The notes under the pieces: generated by a model | The model's database searches: none | Seen by the model: only the letters and a program-made list of their open reading frames with translations | What the model was told of the DNA's origin: nothing | Translations under genes and position numbers: made by a program | From: Auanema rhodensis | Taxonomy: Eukaryota; Animalia; Nematoda | DNA length: 64,000 nt | Assembly: GCA_964057225.1 (NCBI GenBank) | Contig: CAXKVF010000075.1 | Span: forward strand, 620,001-684,000 | Reading direction: 5' to 3' | Part shown: positions 1 through 13,000 of the stretch, one piece after another | Position numbering within the stretch: position 1 is the stretch's first letter | Layout: each line of letters begins with the position of its first letter

Positions 1-26
1 TGATGTGCACTTGGTATGTAACTCGC

Positions 27-36
27 TTCACGTGAA
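27..36. other. Perfect 10-bp palindrome TTCACGTGAA containing an E-box/G-box core (first copy; present in most monomers)
   Basis: Read directly at monomer positions 27-36. Function is not shown. Confidence 0.9.
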
Positions 37-115
37 AGATAAAGAGATGCGGTTTTCAAAATTTGATTCCCCATGTCCATATTAGTCTAAAAACAAATTT
101 TTATTGATATTGGTT

Positions 116-128
116 CATGGTAACCATG
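116..128. other. Interrupted palindrome CATGGT-A-ACCATG (first copy; present in most monomers)
   Basis: Read directly. ACCATG is the reverse complement of CATGGT, and the element contains a BstEII site (GGTNACC). Confidence 0.9.
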
Positions 129-140
129 ACTTTGAAATTT

Positions 141-177
141 ACGTGAACTTTAATTTATGCTAATTAAATGTACACGT
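141..177. other. Imperfect inverted repeat ACGTGAAC-TTTAATT / 6-nt loop / AATTAAATGTACACGT (first copy; present in most monomers)
   Basis: The reverse complement of 162-177 is ACGTGTACATTTAATT, versus 141-155 ACGTGAAC-TTTAATT: 14 matches, one mismatch, one gap. Confidence 0.8.
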
Positions 178-3100
178 GATGTGCACTTGGTATGTAACTC
201 GCTTCACGTGAAAGATAAAGAGATGCGGTTTTCAAAATTTGATTCCCCATGTCCATATTAGTCTAAAAACAAATTTTTATTGATATTGGTGCATGGTAAC
301 CATGACTTTGAAATTTACGTGAACTTTAATTTATGCTAATTAAATGTACACGTGATGTGCACTTGGTATGTAACTCGCTTCACGTGAAAGATAAAGAGAT
401 GCGGTTTTCAAAATTAGATTCCCCATGTCCATATTAGTCTAAAAACAAATTTTTATTGATATTGGTGCATGGTAACCATGACTTTGAAATTTACGTGAAC
501 TTTAATTTATGCTAATTAAATGTACACGTGATGTGCACTTGGTATGTAACTCGCTTCACGTGAAAGATAAAGAGATGCGGTTTTCAAAATTAGATTCCCC
601 ATGTCCATATTAGTCTAAAAACAAATTTTTATTGATATTGGTGCATGGTAACCATGACTTTGAAATTTACGTGAACTTTAATTTATGCTAATTAAATGTA
701 CACGTGATGTGCACTTGGTATGTAACTCGCTTCACGTGAAAGATAAAGAGATGCGGTTTTCAAAATTAGATTCCCCATGTCCATTTTAGTCTAAAAACAA
801 ATTTTTATTGATATTGGTGCATGGTAACCATGACTTTGAAATTTACGTGAACTTTAAATTATGCTAATTAAATGTACACGTGATGTGCACTTGGTATGTA
901 ACTCGCTTCACGTGAAAGATAAAAAGATGCGGTTTTCAAAATTAGATTCCCCATGTCCATATTAGTCTTAAAACAAATTTTTATTGATATTGGTTCATGG
1001 TAACCATGACTTTGAAATTTACGTTAACTTTAATTTATGCTAATTAAATGTACACGTGATGTGCACTTGGTATGTAACTCGCTTCACGTGAAAGATAAAG
1101 AGATGCGGTTTTCAAAATTGGATTTCCCATGTCCATATTAGTCTAAAAACAAATTTTTATTGATATTGGTGCATGGTAACCATGACTTTGAAATTTACGT
1201 GAACTTTAATTTATGCTAATTAAATGTACACGTGATGTGCACTTGGTATGTAACTCGCTTCACGTGAAAGATAAAGAGATGCGGTTTTCAAAATTAGATT
1301 CCCCATGTCCATATTAGTCTAAAAACAAATTTTTATTGATATTGGTTCATGGTAACCATGACTTTGAAATTTACGTGAACTTTAATTTATGCTAATTAAA
1401 TGTACACGTGATGTGCACTTGGTATGTAACTCGCTTCACGTGAAAGATAAAGAGATGCGGTTTTCAAAATTAGGTTCCCCATGTCCATATTAGTCTAAAA
1501 ACAAATTTTTATTGATATTGGTTCATGGTAACCATGACTTTGAAATTTACGTGAACTTTAATTTATGCTAATTAAATGTACACGTGATGTGCACTTGGTA
1601 TGTAACTCGCTTCACGTGAAAGATAAAGAGATGCGGTTTTCAAAATTAGATTCCCCATGTCCATTTTAGTCTAAAAACAAATTTTTATTGATATTGGTGC
1701 ATGGTAACCATGACTTTGAAATTTACGTGAACTTTAAATTATGCTAATTAAATGTACACGTGATGTGCACTTGGTATGTAACTCGCTTCACGTGAAAGAT
1801 AAAGAGATGCGGTTTTCAAAATTAGATTCCCCATGTCCATATTAGTCTAAAAACAAATTTTTATTGATATTGGTGCATGGTAACCATGACTTTGAAATTT
1901 ACGTGAACTTTAATTTATGCTAATTAAATGTACACGTGATGTGCACTTGGTATGTAACTCGCTTCACGTGAAAGATAAAGAGATGCGGTTTTCAAAATTA
2001 GATTCCCCATGTCCATATTAGTCTAAAAACAAATTTTTATTGATATTGGTGCATGGTAACCATGACTTTGAAATTTACGTGAACTTTAATTTATGCTAAT
2101 TAAATGTACACGTGATGTGCACTTGGTATGTAACTCGCTTCACGTGAAAGATAAAGAGATGCGGTTTTCAAAATTAGATTCCCCATGTCCATTTTAGTCT
2201 AAAAACAAATTTTTATTGATATTGGTGCATGGTAACCATGACTTTGAAATTTACGTGAACTTTAAATTATGCTAATTAAATGTACACGTGATGTGCACTT
2301 GGTATGTAACTCGCTTCACGTGAAAGATAAAAAGATGCGGTTTTCAAAATTAGATTCCCCATGTCCATATTAGTCTTAAAACAAATTTTTATTGATATTG
2401 GTTCATGGTAACCATGACTTTGAAATTTACGTTAACTTTAATTTATGCTAATTAAATGTACACGTGATGTGCACTTGGTATGTAACTCGCTTCACGTGAA
2501 AGATAAAGAGATGCGGTTTTCAAAATTGGATTCCCCATGTCCATATTAGTCTAAAAACAAATTTTTATTGATATTGGTGCATGGTAACCATGACTTTGAA
2601 ATTTACGTGAACTTTAATTTATGCTAATTAAATGTACACGTGATGTGCACTTGGTATGTAACTCGCTTCACGTGAAAGATAAAGAGATGCGGTTTTCAAA
2701 ATTAGGTTCCCCATGTCCATATTAGTCTAAAAACAAATTTTTATTGATATTGGTTCATGGTAACCATGACTTTGAAATTTACGTGAACTTTAATTTATGC
2801 TAATTAAATGTACACGTGATGTGCACTTGGTATGTAACTCGCTTCACGTGAAAGATAAAGAGATGCGGTTTTCAAAATTAGATTCCCCATGTCCATATTA
2901 GTCTAAAAACAAATTTTTATTGATATTGGTGCATGGTAACCATGACTTTGAAATTTACGTGAACTTTAATTTATGCTAATTAAATGTACACGTGATGTGC
3001 ACTTGGTATGTAACTCGCTTCACGTGAAAGATAAAGAGATGCGGTTTTCAAAATTAGATTCCCCATGTCCATATTAGTCTAAAAACAAATTTTTATTGAT

Positions 3101-6100
3101 ATTGGTTCATGGTAACCATGACTTTGAAATTTACGTGAACTTTAATTTATGCTAATTAAATGTACACGTGATGTGCACTTGGTATGTAACTCGCTTCACG
3201 TGAAAGATAAAGAGATGCGGTTTTCAAAATTAGATTCCCCATGTCCATATTAGTCTAAAAACAAATTTTTATTGATATTGGTGCATGGTAACCATGACTT
3301 TGAAATTTACGTGAACTTTAATTTATGCTAATTAAATGTACACGTGATGTGCACTTGGTATGTAACTCGCTTCACGTGAAAGATAAAGAGATGCGGTTTT
3401 CAAAATTAGATTCCCCATGTCCATATTAGTCTAAAAACAAATTTTTATTGATATTGGTTCATGGTAACCATGACTTTGAAATTTACGTGAACTTTAATTT
3501 ATGCTAATTAAATGTACACGTGATGTGCACTTGGTATGTAACTCGCTTCACGTGAAAGATAAAGAGATGCGGTTTTCAAAATTAGATTCCCCATGTCCAT
3601 ATTAGTCTAAAAACAAATTTTTATTGATATTGGTGCATGGTAACCATGACTTTGAAATTTACGTGAACTTTAATTTATGCTAATTAAATGTACACGTGAT
3701 GTGCACTTGGTATGTAACTCGCTTCACGTGAAAGATAAAGAGATGCGGTTTTCAAAATTAGATTCCCCATGTCCATATTAGTCTAAAAACAAATTTTTAT
3801 TGATATTGGTGCATGGTAACCATGACTTTGAAATTTACGTGAACTTTAATTTATGCTAATTAAATGTACACGTGATGTGCACTTGGTATGTAACTCGCTT
3901 CACGTGAAAGATGAAGAGATGCGGTTTTCAAAATTAGATTCCCCATGTCCATATTAGTCTAAAAACAAATTTTTATTGATATTGGTGCATGGTAACCATG
4001 ACTTTGAAATTTACGTGAACTTTAATTTATGCTAATTAAATGTACACGTGATGTGCACTTGGTATGTAACTCGCTTCACGTGAAAGATAAAGAGATGCGG
4101 TTTTCAAAATTAGATTCCCCATCTCCATATTAGTCTAAAAACAAATTTTTATTGATATTGGTGCATGGTAACCATGACTTTGAAATTTACGTGAACTTTA
4201 ATTTATGCTAATTAAATGTACACGTGATGTGCACTTGGTATGTAACTCGCTTCACGTGAAAGATAAAGAGATGCGGTTTTCAAAATTAGGTTCCCCATGT
4301 CCATATTAGTCTAAAAACAAATTTTTATTGATATTGGTTCATGGTAACCATGACTTTGAAATTTACGTGAACTTTAATTTATGCTAATTAAATGTACACG
4401 TGATGTGCACTTGGTATGTAACTCGCTTCACGTGAAAGATAAAGAGATGCGGTTTTCAAAATTGGATTCCCCATGTCCATATTAGTCTAAAAACAAATTT
4501 TTATTGATATTGGTGCATGGTAACCATGACTTTGAAATTTACGTGAACTTTAATTTATGCTAATTAAATGTACACGTGATGTGCACTTGGTATGTAACTC
4601 GCTTCACGTGAAAGATAAAGAGATGCGGTTTTCAAAATTAGATTCCCCATGTCCATATTAGTCTAAAAACAAATTTTTATTGATATTGGTTCATGGTAAC
4701 CATGACTTTGAAATTTACGTGAACTTTAATTTATGCTAATTAAATGTACACGTGATGTGCACTTGGTATGTAACTCGCTTCACGTGAAAGATAAAGAGAT
4801 GCGGTTTTCAAAATTAGGTTCCCCATGTCCATATTAGTCTAAAAACAAATTTTTATTGATATTGGTTCATGGTAACCATGACTTTGAAATTTACGTGAAC
4901 TTTAATTTATGCTAATTAAATGTACACGTGATGTGCACTTGGTATGTAACTCGCTTCACGTGAAAGATAAAGAGATGCGGTTTTCAAAATTAGATTCCCC
5001 ATGTCCATATTAGTCTAAAAACAAATTTTTATTGATATTGGTGCATGGTAACCATGACTTTGAAATTTACGTGAACTTTAATTTATGCTAATTAAATGTA
5101 CACGTGATGTGCACTTGGTATGTAACTCGCTTCACGTGAAAGATAAAGAGATGCGGTTTTCAAAATTAGATTCCCCATGTCCATATTAGTCTAAAAACAA
5201 ATTTTTATTGATATTGGTGCATGGTAACCATGACTTTGAAATTTACGTGAACTTTAATTTATGCTAATTAAATGTACACGTGATGTGCACTTGGTATGTA
5301 ACTCGCTTCACGTGAAAGATGAAGAGATGCGGTTTTCAAAATTAGATTCCCCATGTCCATATTAGTCTAAAAACAAATTTTTATTGATATTGGTGCATGG
5401 TAACCATGACTTTGAAATTTACGTGAACTTTAATTTATGCTAATTAAATGTACACGTGATGTGCACTTGGTATGTAACTCGCTTCACGTGAAAGATAAAG
5501 AGATGCGGTTTTCAAAATTAGATTTCCCATGTCCATATTAGTCTAAAAACAATTTTTTATTGATATTGGTTCATGGTAACCATGACTTTGAAATTTACGT
5601 GAACTTTAATTTATGCTTATTAAATGTACACGTGATGTGCACTTGGTATGTAACTCGCTTCACGTGAAAGATAAAGAGATGCGGTTTTCAAAATTAGATT
5701 CCCCATGTCCATATTAGTCTAAAAACAAATTTTTATCGATATTGCTTCATGGTAACCATGACTTTGAAATTTACGTGAACTTTAATTTATGCTAATTAAA
5801 TGTACACGTGATGTGCACTTGGTATGTAACTCGCTTCACGTGAAAGATAAAGAGATGCGGTTTTCAAAATTAGATTCCCATGTCCATATTAGTCTAAAAA
5901 CAAATTTTTATTGATATTGGTGCATGGTAACCATGACTTTGAAATTTACGTGAACTTTAATTTATGCTAATTAAATGTACACGTGATGTGCACTTGGTAT
6001 GTAACTTGCTTCACGTGAAAGATAAAGTGATGCGGTTTTCAAAATTAGATTCCCCATGTCCATATTAGTCTAAAAACAAATTTTTATTGATATTGGTTCA

Positions 6101-9100
6101 TGGTAACCATGACTTTGAAATTTACGTGAACTTTAATTTATGCTAATTAAATGTACACGTGATGTGCACTTGGTATGTAACTCGCTTCACGTGAAAGATA
6201 AAGAGATGCGGTTTTCAAAATTTGATTCCCCATGTCCATATTAGTCTAAAAACAAATTTTTATTGATATTGGTTCATGGTAACCATGACTTTGAAATTTA
6301 CGTGAACTTTAATTTATGCTAATTAAATGTACACGTGATGTGCACTTGGTATGTAACTCGCTTCACGTGAAAGATAAAGAGATGCGGTTTTCAAAATTTG
6401 ATTCCCCATGTCCATATTAGTCAAAAAACAAATTTTTATTGATATTGGTGCATGGTAACCATGACTTTGAAATTTACGTGAACTTTAATTTATGCTAATT
6501 AAATGTACACGTGATGTGCACTTGGTATGTAACTAGCTTCACGTGAAAGATAAAGAGATGCGGTTTTCAAAATTAGATTCCCCATGTACATATTAGTCTA
6601 AAAACAAATTTTTATTGATATTGGTGCATGGTAACCATGACTTTGAAATTTACGTGAACTTTAATTTATGCTAATTAAATGTACACGTGATGTGCACTTG
6701 GTATGTAACTCGCTTCACGTGAAAGATAAAGAGATGCGGTTTTCAAAATTAGATTCCCCATGTCCATTTCAGTCTAAAAACAAATTTTTATTGATATTGG
6801 TGCATGGTAACCATGACTTTGAAATTTACGTGAACTTTAATTTATGCTAATTAAATGTACACGTGATGTGCACTTGGTATGTAACTCGCTTCACGTGAAA
6901 GATAAAGAGATGCGGTTTTCAAAATTAGATTCCCCATGTCCATATTAGTCTAAAAACAAATTTTTATTGATATTGGTGCATGGTAACCATGACTTTGAAA
7001 TTTACGTGAACTTTAATTTATGCTAATTAAATGTACACGTGATGTGCACTTGGTATGTAACTCGCTTCACGTGAAAGATAAAGAGATGCGGTTTTCAAAA
7101 TTAGATTCCCCATGTCCATTTTAGTCTAAAAACAAATTTTTATTGATATTGGTGCATGGTAACCATGACTTTGAAATTTACGTGAACTTTAAATTATGCT
7201 AATTAAATGTACACGTGATGTGCACTTGGTATGTAACTCGCTTCACGTGAAAGATAAAAAGATGCGGTTTTCAAAATTAGATTCCCCATGTCCATATTAG
7301 TCTAAAAACAAATTTTTATTGATATTGGTGCATGGTAACCATGACTTTGAAATTTACGTGAACTTTAATTTATGCTAATTAAATGTACACGTGATGTGCA
7401 CTTGGTATGTAACTCGCTTCACGTGAAAGATAAAGAGATGCGGTTTTCAAAATTAGATTCCCCATGTCCATATTAGTCTAAAAACAAATTTTTATTGATA
7501 TTGGTTCATGGTAACCATGACTTTGAAATTTACGTGAACTTTAATTTATGCTAATTAAATGTACACGTGATGTGCACTTGGTATGTAACTCGCTTCACGT
7601 GAAAGATAAAGAGATGCGGTTTTCAAAATTAGGTTCCCCATGTCCATATTAGTCTAAAAACAAATTTTTATTGATATTGGTTCATGGTAACCATGACTTT
7701 GAAATTTACGTGAACTTTAATTTATGCTAATTAAATGTACACGTGATGTGCACTTGGTATGTAACTCGCTTCACGTGAAAGATAAAGAGATGCGGTTTTC
7801 AAAATTAGATTCCCCATGTCCATATTAGTCTAAAAACAAATTTTTATTGATATTGGTGCATGGTAACCATGACTTTGAAATTTACGTGAACTTTAATTTA
7901 TGCTAATTAAATGTACACGTGATGTGCACTTGGTATGTAACTCGCTTCACGTGAAAGATGAAGAGATGCGGTTTTCAAAATTAGATTCCCCATGTCCATA
8001 TTAGTCTAAAAACAAATTTTTATTGATATTGGTGCATGGTAACCATGACTTTGAAATTTACGTGAACTTTAATTTATGCTAATTAAATGTACACGTGATG
8101 TGCACTTGGTATGTAACTCGCTTCACGTGAAAGATGAAGAGATGCGGTTTTCAAAATTAGATTCCCCATGTCCATATTAGTCTAAAAACAAATTTTTATT
8201 GATATTGGTGCATGGTAACCATGACTTTGAAATTTACGTGAACTTTAATTTATGCTAATTAAATGTACACGTGATGTGCACTTGGTATGTAACTCGCTTC
8301 ACGTGAAAGATAAAGAGATGCGGTTTTCAAAATTAGATTCCCCATGTCCATATTAGTCTAAAAACAAATTTTTATTGATATTGGTGCATGGTAACCATGA
8401 CTTTGAAATTTACGTGAACTTTAATTTATGCTAATTAAATGTACACGTGATGTGCACTTGGTATGTAACTCGCTTCACGTGAAAGATAAAGAGATGCGGT
8501 TTTCAAAATTAGATTCCCCATGTCCATATTAGTCTAAAAACAAATTTTTATTGATATTGGTTCATGGTAACCATGACTTTGAAATTTACGTGAACTTTAA
8601 TTTATGCTAATTAAATGTACACGTGATGTGCACTTGGTATGTAACTCGCTTCACGTGAAAGATAAAGAGATGCGGTTTTCAAAATTAGATTCCCCATGTC
8701 CATATTAGTCTAAAAACAAATTTTTATTGATATTGGTGCATGGTAACCATGACTTTGAAATTTACGTGAACTTTAATTTATGCTAATTAAATGTACACGT
8801 GATGTGCACTTGGTATGTAACTCGCTTCACGTGAAAGATAAAGAGATGCGGTTTTCAAAATTAGATTCCCCATGTCCATATTAGTCTAAAAACAAATTTT
8901 TATTGATATTGGTTCATGGTAACCATGACTTTGAAATTTACGTGAACTTTAATTTATGCTAATTAAATGTACACGTGATGTGCACTTGGTATGTAACTCG
9001 CTTCACGTGAAAGATAAAGAGATGCGGTTTTCAAAATTAGATTCCCCATGTCCATATTAGTCTAAAAACAAATTTTTATTGATATTGGTGCATGGTAACC

Positions 9101-10031
9101 ATGACTTTGAAATTTACGTGAACTTTAATTTATGCTAATTAAATGTACACGTGATGTGCACTTGGTATGTAACTCGCTTCACGTGAAAGATAAAGAGATG
9201 CGGTTTTCAAAATTAGATTCCCCATGTCCATATTAGTCTAAAAACAAATTTTTATTGATATTGGTGCATGGTAACCATGACTTTGAAATTTACGTGAACT
9301 TTAATTTATGCTAATTAAATGTACACGTGATGTGCACTTGGTATGTAACTCGCTTCACGTGAAAGATGAAGAGATGCGGTTTTCAAAATTAGATTCCCCA
9401 TGTCCATATTAGTCTAAAAACAAATTTTTATTGATATTGGTGCATGGTAACCATGACTTTGAAATTTACGTGAACTTTAATTTATGCTAATTAAATGTAC
9501 ACGTGATGTGCACTTGGTATGTAACTCGCTTCACGTGAAAGATGAAGAGATGCGGTTTTCAAAATTAGATTCCCCATGTCCATATTAGTCTAAAAACAAA
9601 TTTTTATTGATATTGGTGCATGGTAACCATGACTTTGAAATTTACGTGAACTTTAATTTATGCTAATTAAATGTACACGTGATGTGCACTTGGTATGTAA
9701 CTCGCTTCACGTGAAAGATAAAGAGATGCGGTTTTCAAAATTAGATTCCCCATGTCCATATTAGTCTAAAAACAAATTTTTATTGATATTGGTGCATGGT
9801 AACCATGACTTTGAAATTTACGTGAACTTTAATTTATGCTAATTAAATGTACACGTGATGTGCACTTGGTATGTAACTCGCTTCACGTGAAAGATAAAGA
9901 GATGCGGTTTTCAAAATTAGATTCCCCATGTCCATATTAGTCTAAAAACAAATTTTTATTGATATTGGTTCATGGTAACCATGACTTTGAAATTTACGTG
10001 AACTTTAATTTATGCTAATTAAATGTACACG

Positions 10032-13000
10032 TGATGTGCACTTGGTATGTAACTCGCTTCACGTGAAAGATAAAGAGATGCGGTTTTCAAAATTAGATTC
10101 CCCATGTCCATATTAGTCTAAAAACAAATTTTTATTGATATTGGTGCATGGTAACCATGACTTTGAAATTTACGTGAACTTTAATTTATGCTAATTAAAT
10201 GTACACGTGATGTGCACTTGGTATGTAACTCGCTTCACGTGAAAGATAAAGAGATGCGGTTTTCAAAATTAGATTCCCCATCTCCATATTAGTCTAAAAA
10301 CAAATTTTTATTGATATTGGTGCATGGTAACCATGACTTTGAAATTTACGTGAACTTTAATTTATGCTAATTAAATGTACACGTGATGTGCACTTGGTAT
10401 GTAACTCGCTTCACGTGAAAGATGAAGAGATGCGGTTTTCAAAATTAGATTCCCCATGTCCATATTAGTCTAAAAACAAATTTTTATTGATATTGGTGCA
10501 TGGTAACCATGACTTTGAAATTTACGTGAACTTTAATTTATGCTAATTAAATGTACACGTGATGTGCACTTGGTATGTAACTCGCTTCACGTGAAAGATG
10601 AAGAGATGCGGTTTTCAAAATTAGATTCCCCATGTCCATATTAGTCTAAAAACAAATTTTTATTGATATTGGTGCATGGTAACCATGACTTTGAAATTTA
10701 CGTGAACTTTAATTTATGCTAATTAAATGTACACGTGATGTGCACTTGGTATGTAACTCGCTTCACGTGAAAGATAAAGAGATGCGGTTTTCAAAATTAG
10801 ATTCCCCATGTCCATATTAGTCTAAAAACAAATTTTTATTGATATTGGTGCATGGTAACCATGACTTTGAAATTTACGTGAACTTTAATTTATGCTAATT
10901 AAATGTACACGTGATGGGCACTTGGTATGTAACTCGCTTCACGTGAAAGATAAAGAGATGCGGTTTTCAAAATTAGGTTCCCCATGTCCATATTAGTCTA
11001 AAAACAAATTTTTATTGATATTGGTTCATGGTAACCATGACTTTGAAATTTACGTGAACTTTAATTTATGCTAATTAAATGTACACGTGATGTGCACTTG
11101 GTATGTAACTCGCTTCACGTGAAAGATAAAGAGATGCGGTTTTCAAAATTAGATTCCCCATGTCCATATTAGTCTAAAAACAAATTTTTATTGATATTGC
11201 TTCATGGTAACCATGACTTTGAAATTTACGTGAACTTTAATTTATTCTAATTAAATGTACACGTGATGTGCACTTGGTATGTAACTCGCTTCACGTGAAA
11301 GATAAAGAGATGCGGTTTTCAAAATTAGATTCCCCATGTCCATATTAGTCTAAAAACAATTTTTTATTGATATTGGTTCATGGTAACCATGACTTTGAAA
11401 TTTACGTGAACTTTAATTTATGCTTATTAAATGTACACGTGATGTGCACTTGGTATGTAACTCGCTTCACGTGAAAGATAAAGAGATGCGGTTTTCAAAA
11501 TTAGATTCCCCATGTCCATATTAGTCTAAAAACAAATTTTTATCGATATTGCTTCATGGTAACCATGACTTTGAAATTTACGTGAACTTTAATTTATGCT
11601 AATTAAATGTACACGTGATGTGCACTTGGTATGTAACTCGCTTCACGTGAAAGATAAAGAGATGCGGTTTTCAAAATTAGATTCCCCATGTCCATATTAG
11701 TCTAAAAACAAATTTTTATTGATATTGGTGCATGGTAACCATGACTTTGAAATTTACGTGAACTTTAATTTATGCTAATTAAATGTACACGTGATGTGCA
11801 CTTGGTATGTAACTCGCTTCACGTGAAAGATAAAGAGATGCGGTTTTCAAAATTAGATTCCCCATGTCCATATTAGTCTAAAAACAAATTTTTATTGATA
11901 TTGGTTCATGGTAACCATGACTTTGAAATTTACGTTAACTTTAATTTATGCTAATTAAATGTACACGTGATGTGCACTTGGTATGTAACTCGCTTCACGT
12001 GAAAGATAAAGAGATGCGGTTTTCAAAATTGGATTCCCCATGTCCATATTAGTCTAAAAACAAATTTTTATTGATATTGGTGCATGGTAACCATGACTTT
12101 GAAATTTACGTGAACTTTAATTTATTCTAATTAAATGTACACGTGATGTGCACTTGGTATGTAACTCGCTTCACGTGAAAGATAAAGAGATGCGGTTTTC
12201 AAAATTAGATTCCCCATGTCCATATTAGTCTAAAAACAAATTTTTATTGATATTGGTTCATGGTAACCATGACTTTGAAATTTACGTGAACTTTAATTTA
12301 TGCTAATTAAATGTACACGTGATGTGCACTTGGTATGTAACTCGCTTCACGTGAAAGATAAAGAGATGCTGTTTTCAAAATTAGATTCCCCATGTCCATA
12401 TTAGTCTAAAAACAAATTTTTATTGATATTGGTGCATGGTAACCATGACTTTGAAATTTACGTGAACTTTAATTTATGCTAATTAAATGTACACGTGATG
12501 TGCACTTGGTATGTAACTCGCTTCACGTGAAAGATAAAGAGATGCGGTTTTCAAAATTAGGTTCCCCATGTCCATATTAGTCTAAAAACAAATTTTTATT
12601 GATATTGGTTCATGGTAACCATGACTTTGAAATTTGCGTGAACTTTAATTTATGCTAATTAAATGTACACGTGATGTGCACTTGGTATGTAACTCGCTTC
12701 ACGTGAAAGATAAAGAGATGCGGTTTTCAAAATTAGATTCCCCATGTCCATATTAGTCTAAAAACAAATTTTTATTGATATTGCTTCATGGTAACCATGA
12801 CTTTGAAATTTACGTTAACTTTAATTTATGCTAATTAAATGTACACGTGATGTGCACTTGGTATGTAACTCGCTTCACGTGAAAGATAAAGAGATGCGGT
12901 TTTCAAAATTAGATTCCCCATGTCCATATTAGTCTAAAAACAAATTTTTATTGATATTGGTGCATGGTAACCATGACTTTGAAATTTACGTGAACTTTAA

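Noticed and set aside
35-168. Phased A-tracts producing intrinsic curvature
   Set aside because: A/T tracts are present (53-61, 89-102, 131-140) but are not convincingly at 10-11 bp periodicity by eye. This would need a curvature computation.
1-176. Tandem 5S rRNA, tRNA or snRNA gene array
   Set aside because: I recognise no similarity to these RNAs, no cloverleaf and no convincing Pol III A/B/C boxes. An Rfam/Infernal search would be the formal test.
1-176. Assignment to a known satellite of similar length (alpha satellite, Arabidopsis CEN180, Brassica CentBr, honeybee AluI)
   Set aside because: Only the length is similar. The sequence does not resemble the primate or crucifer consensuses as I recall them, and the consensus lacks AAGCTT and AGCT sites (AGCT seen only as a private variant near 6535). 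A database search is needed.
6668-6850. 60-aa ORF MLIKCTRDVHLVC...
   Set aside because: It is one satellite monomer in which a private T>C at 6770 converts the consensus TAG (CCA TAT TAG) to CAG. Other monomers stop after 34 codons. I recognise no protein family, and 176 is not a multiple of 3, so no repeat-protein frame is possible. One stop-poor frame out of six is unremarkable.
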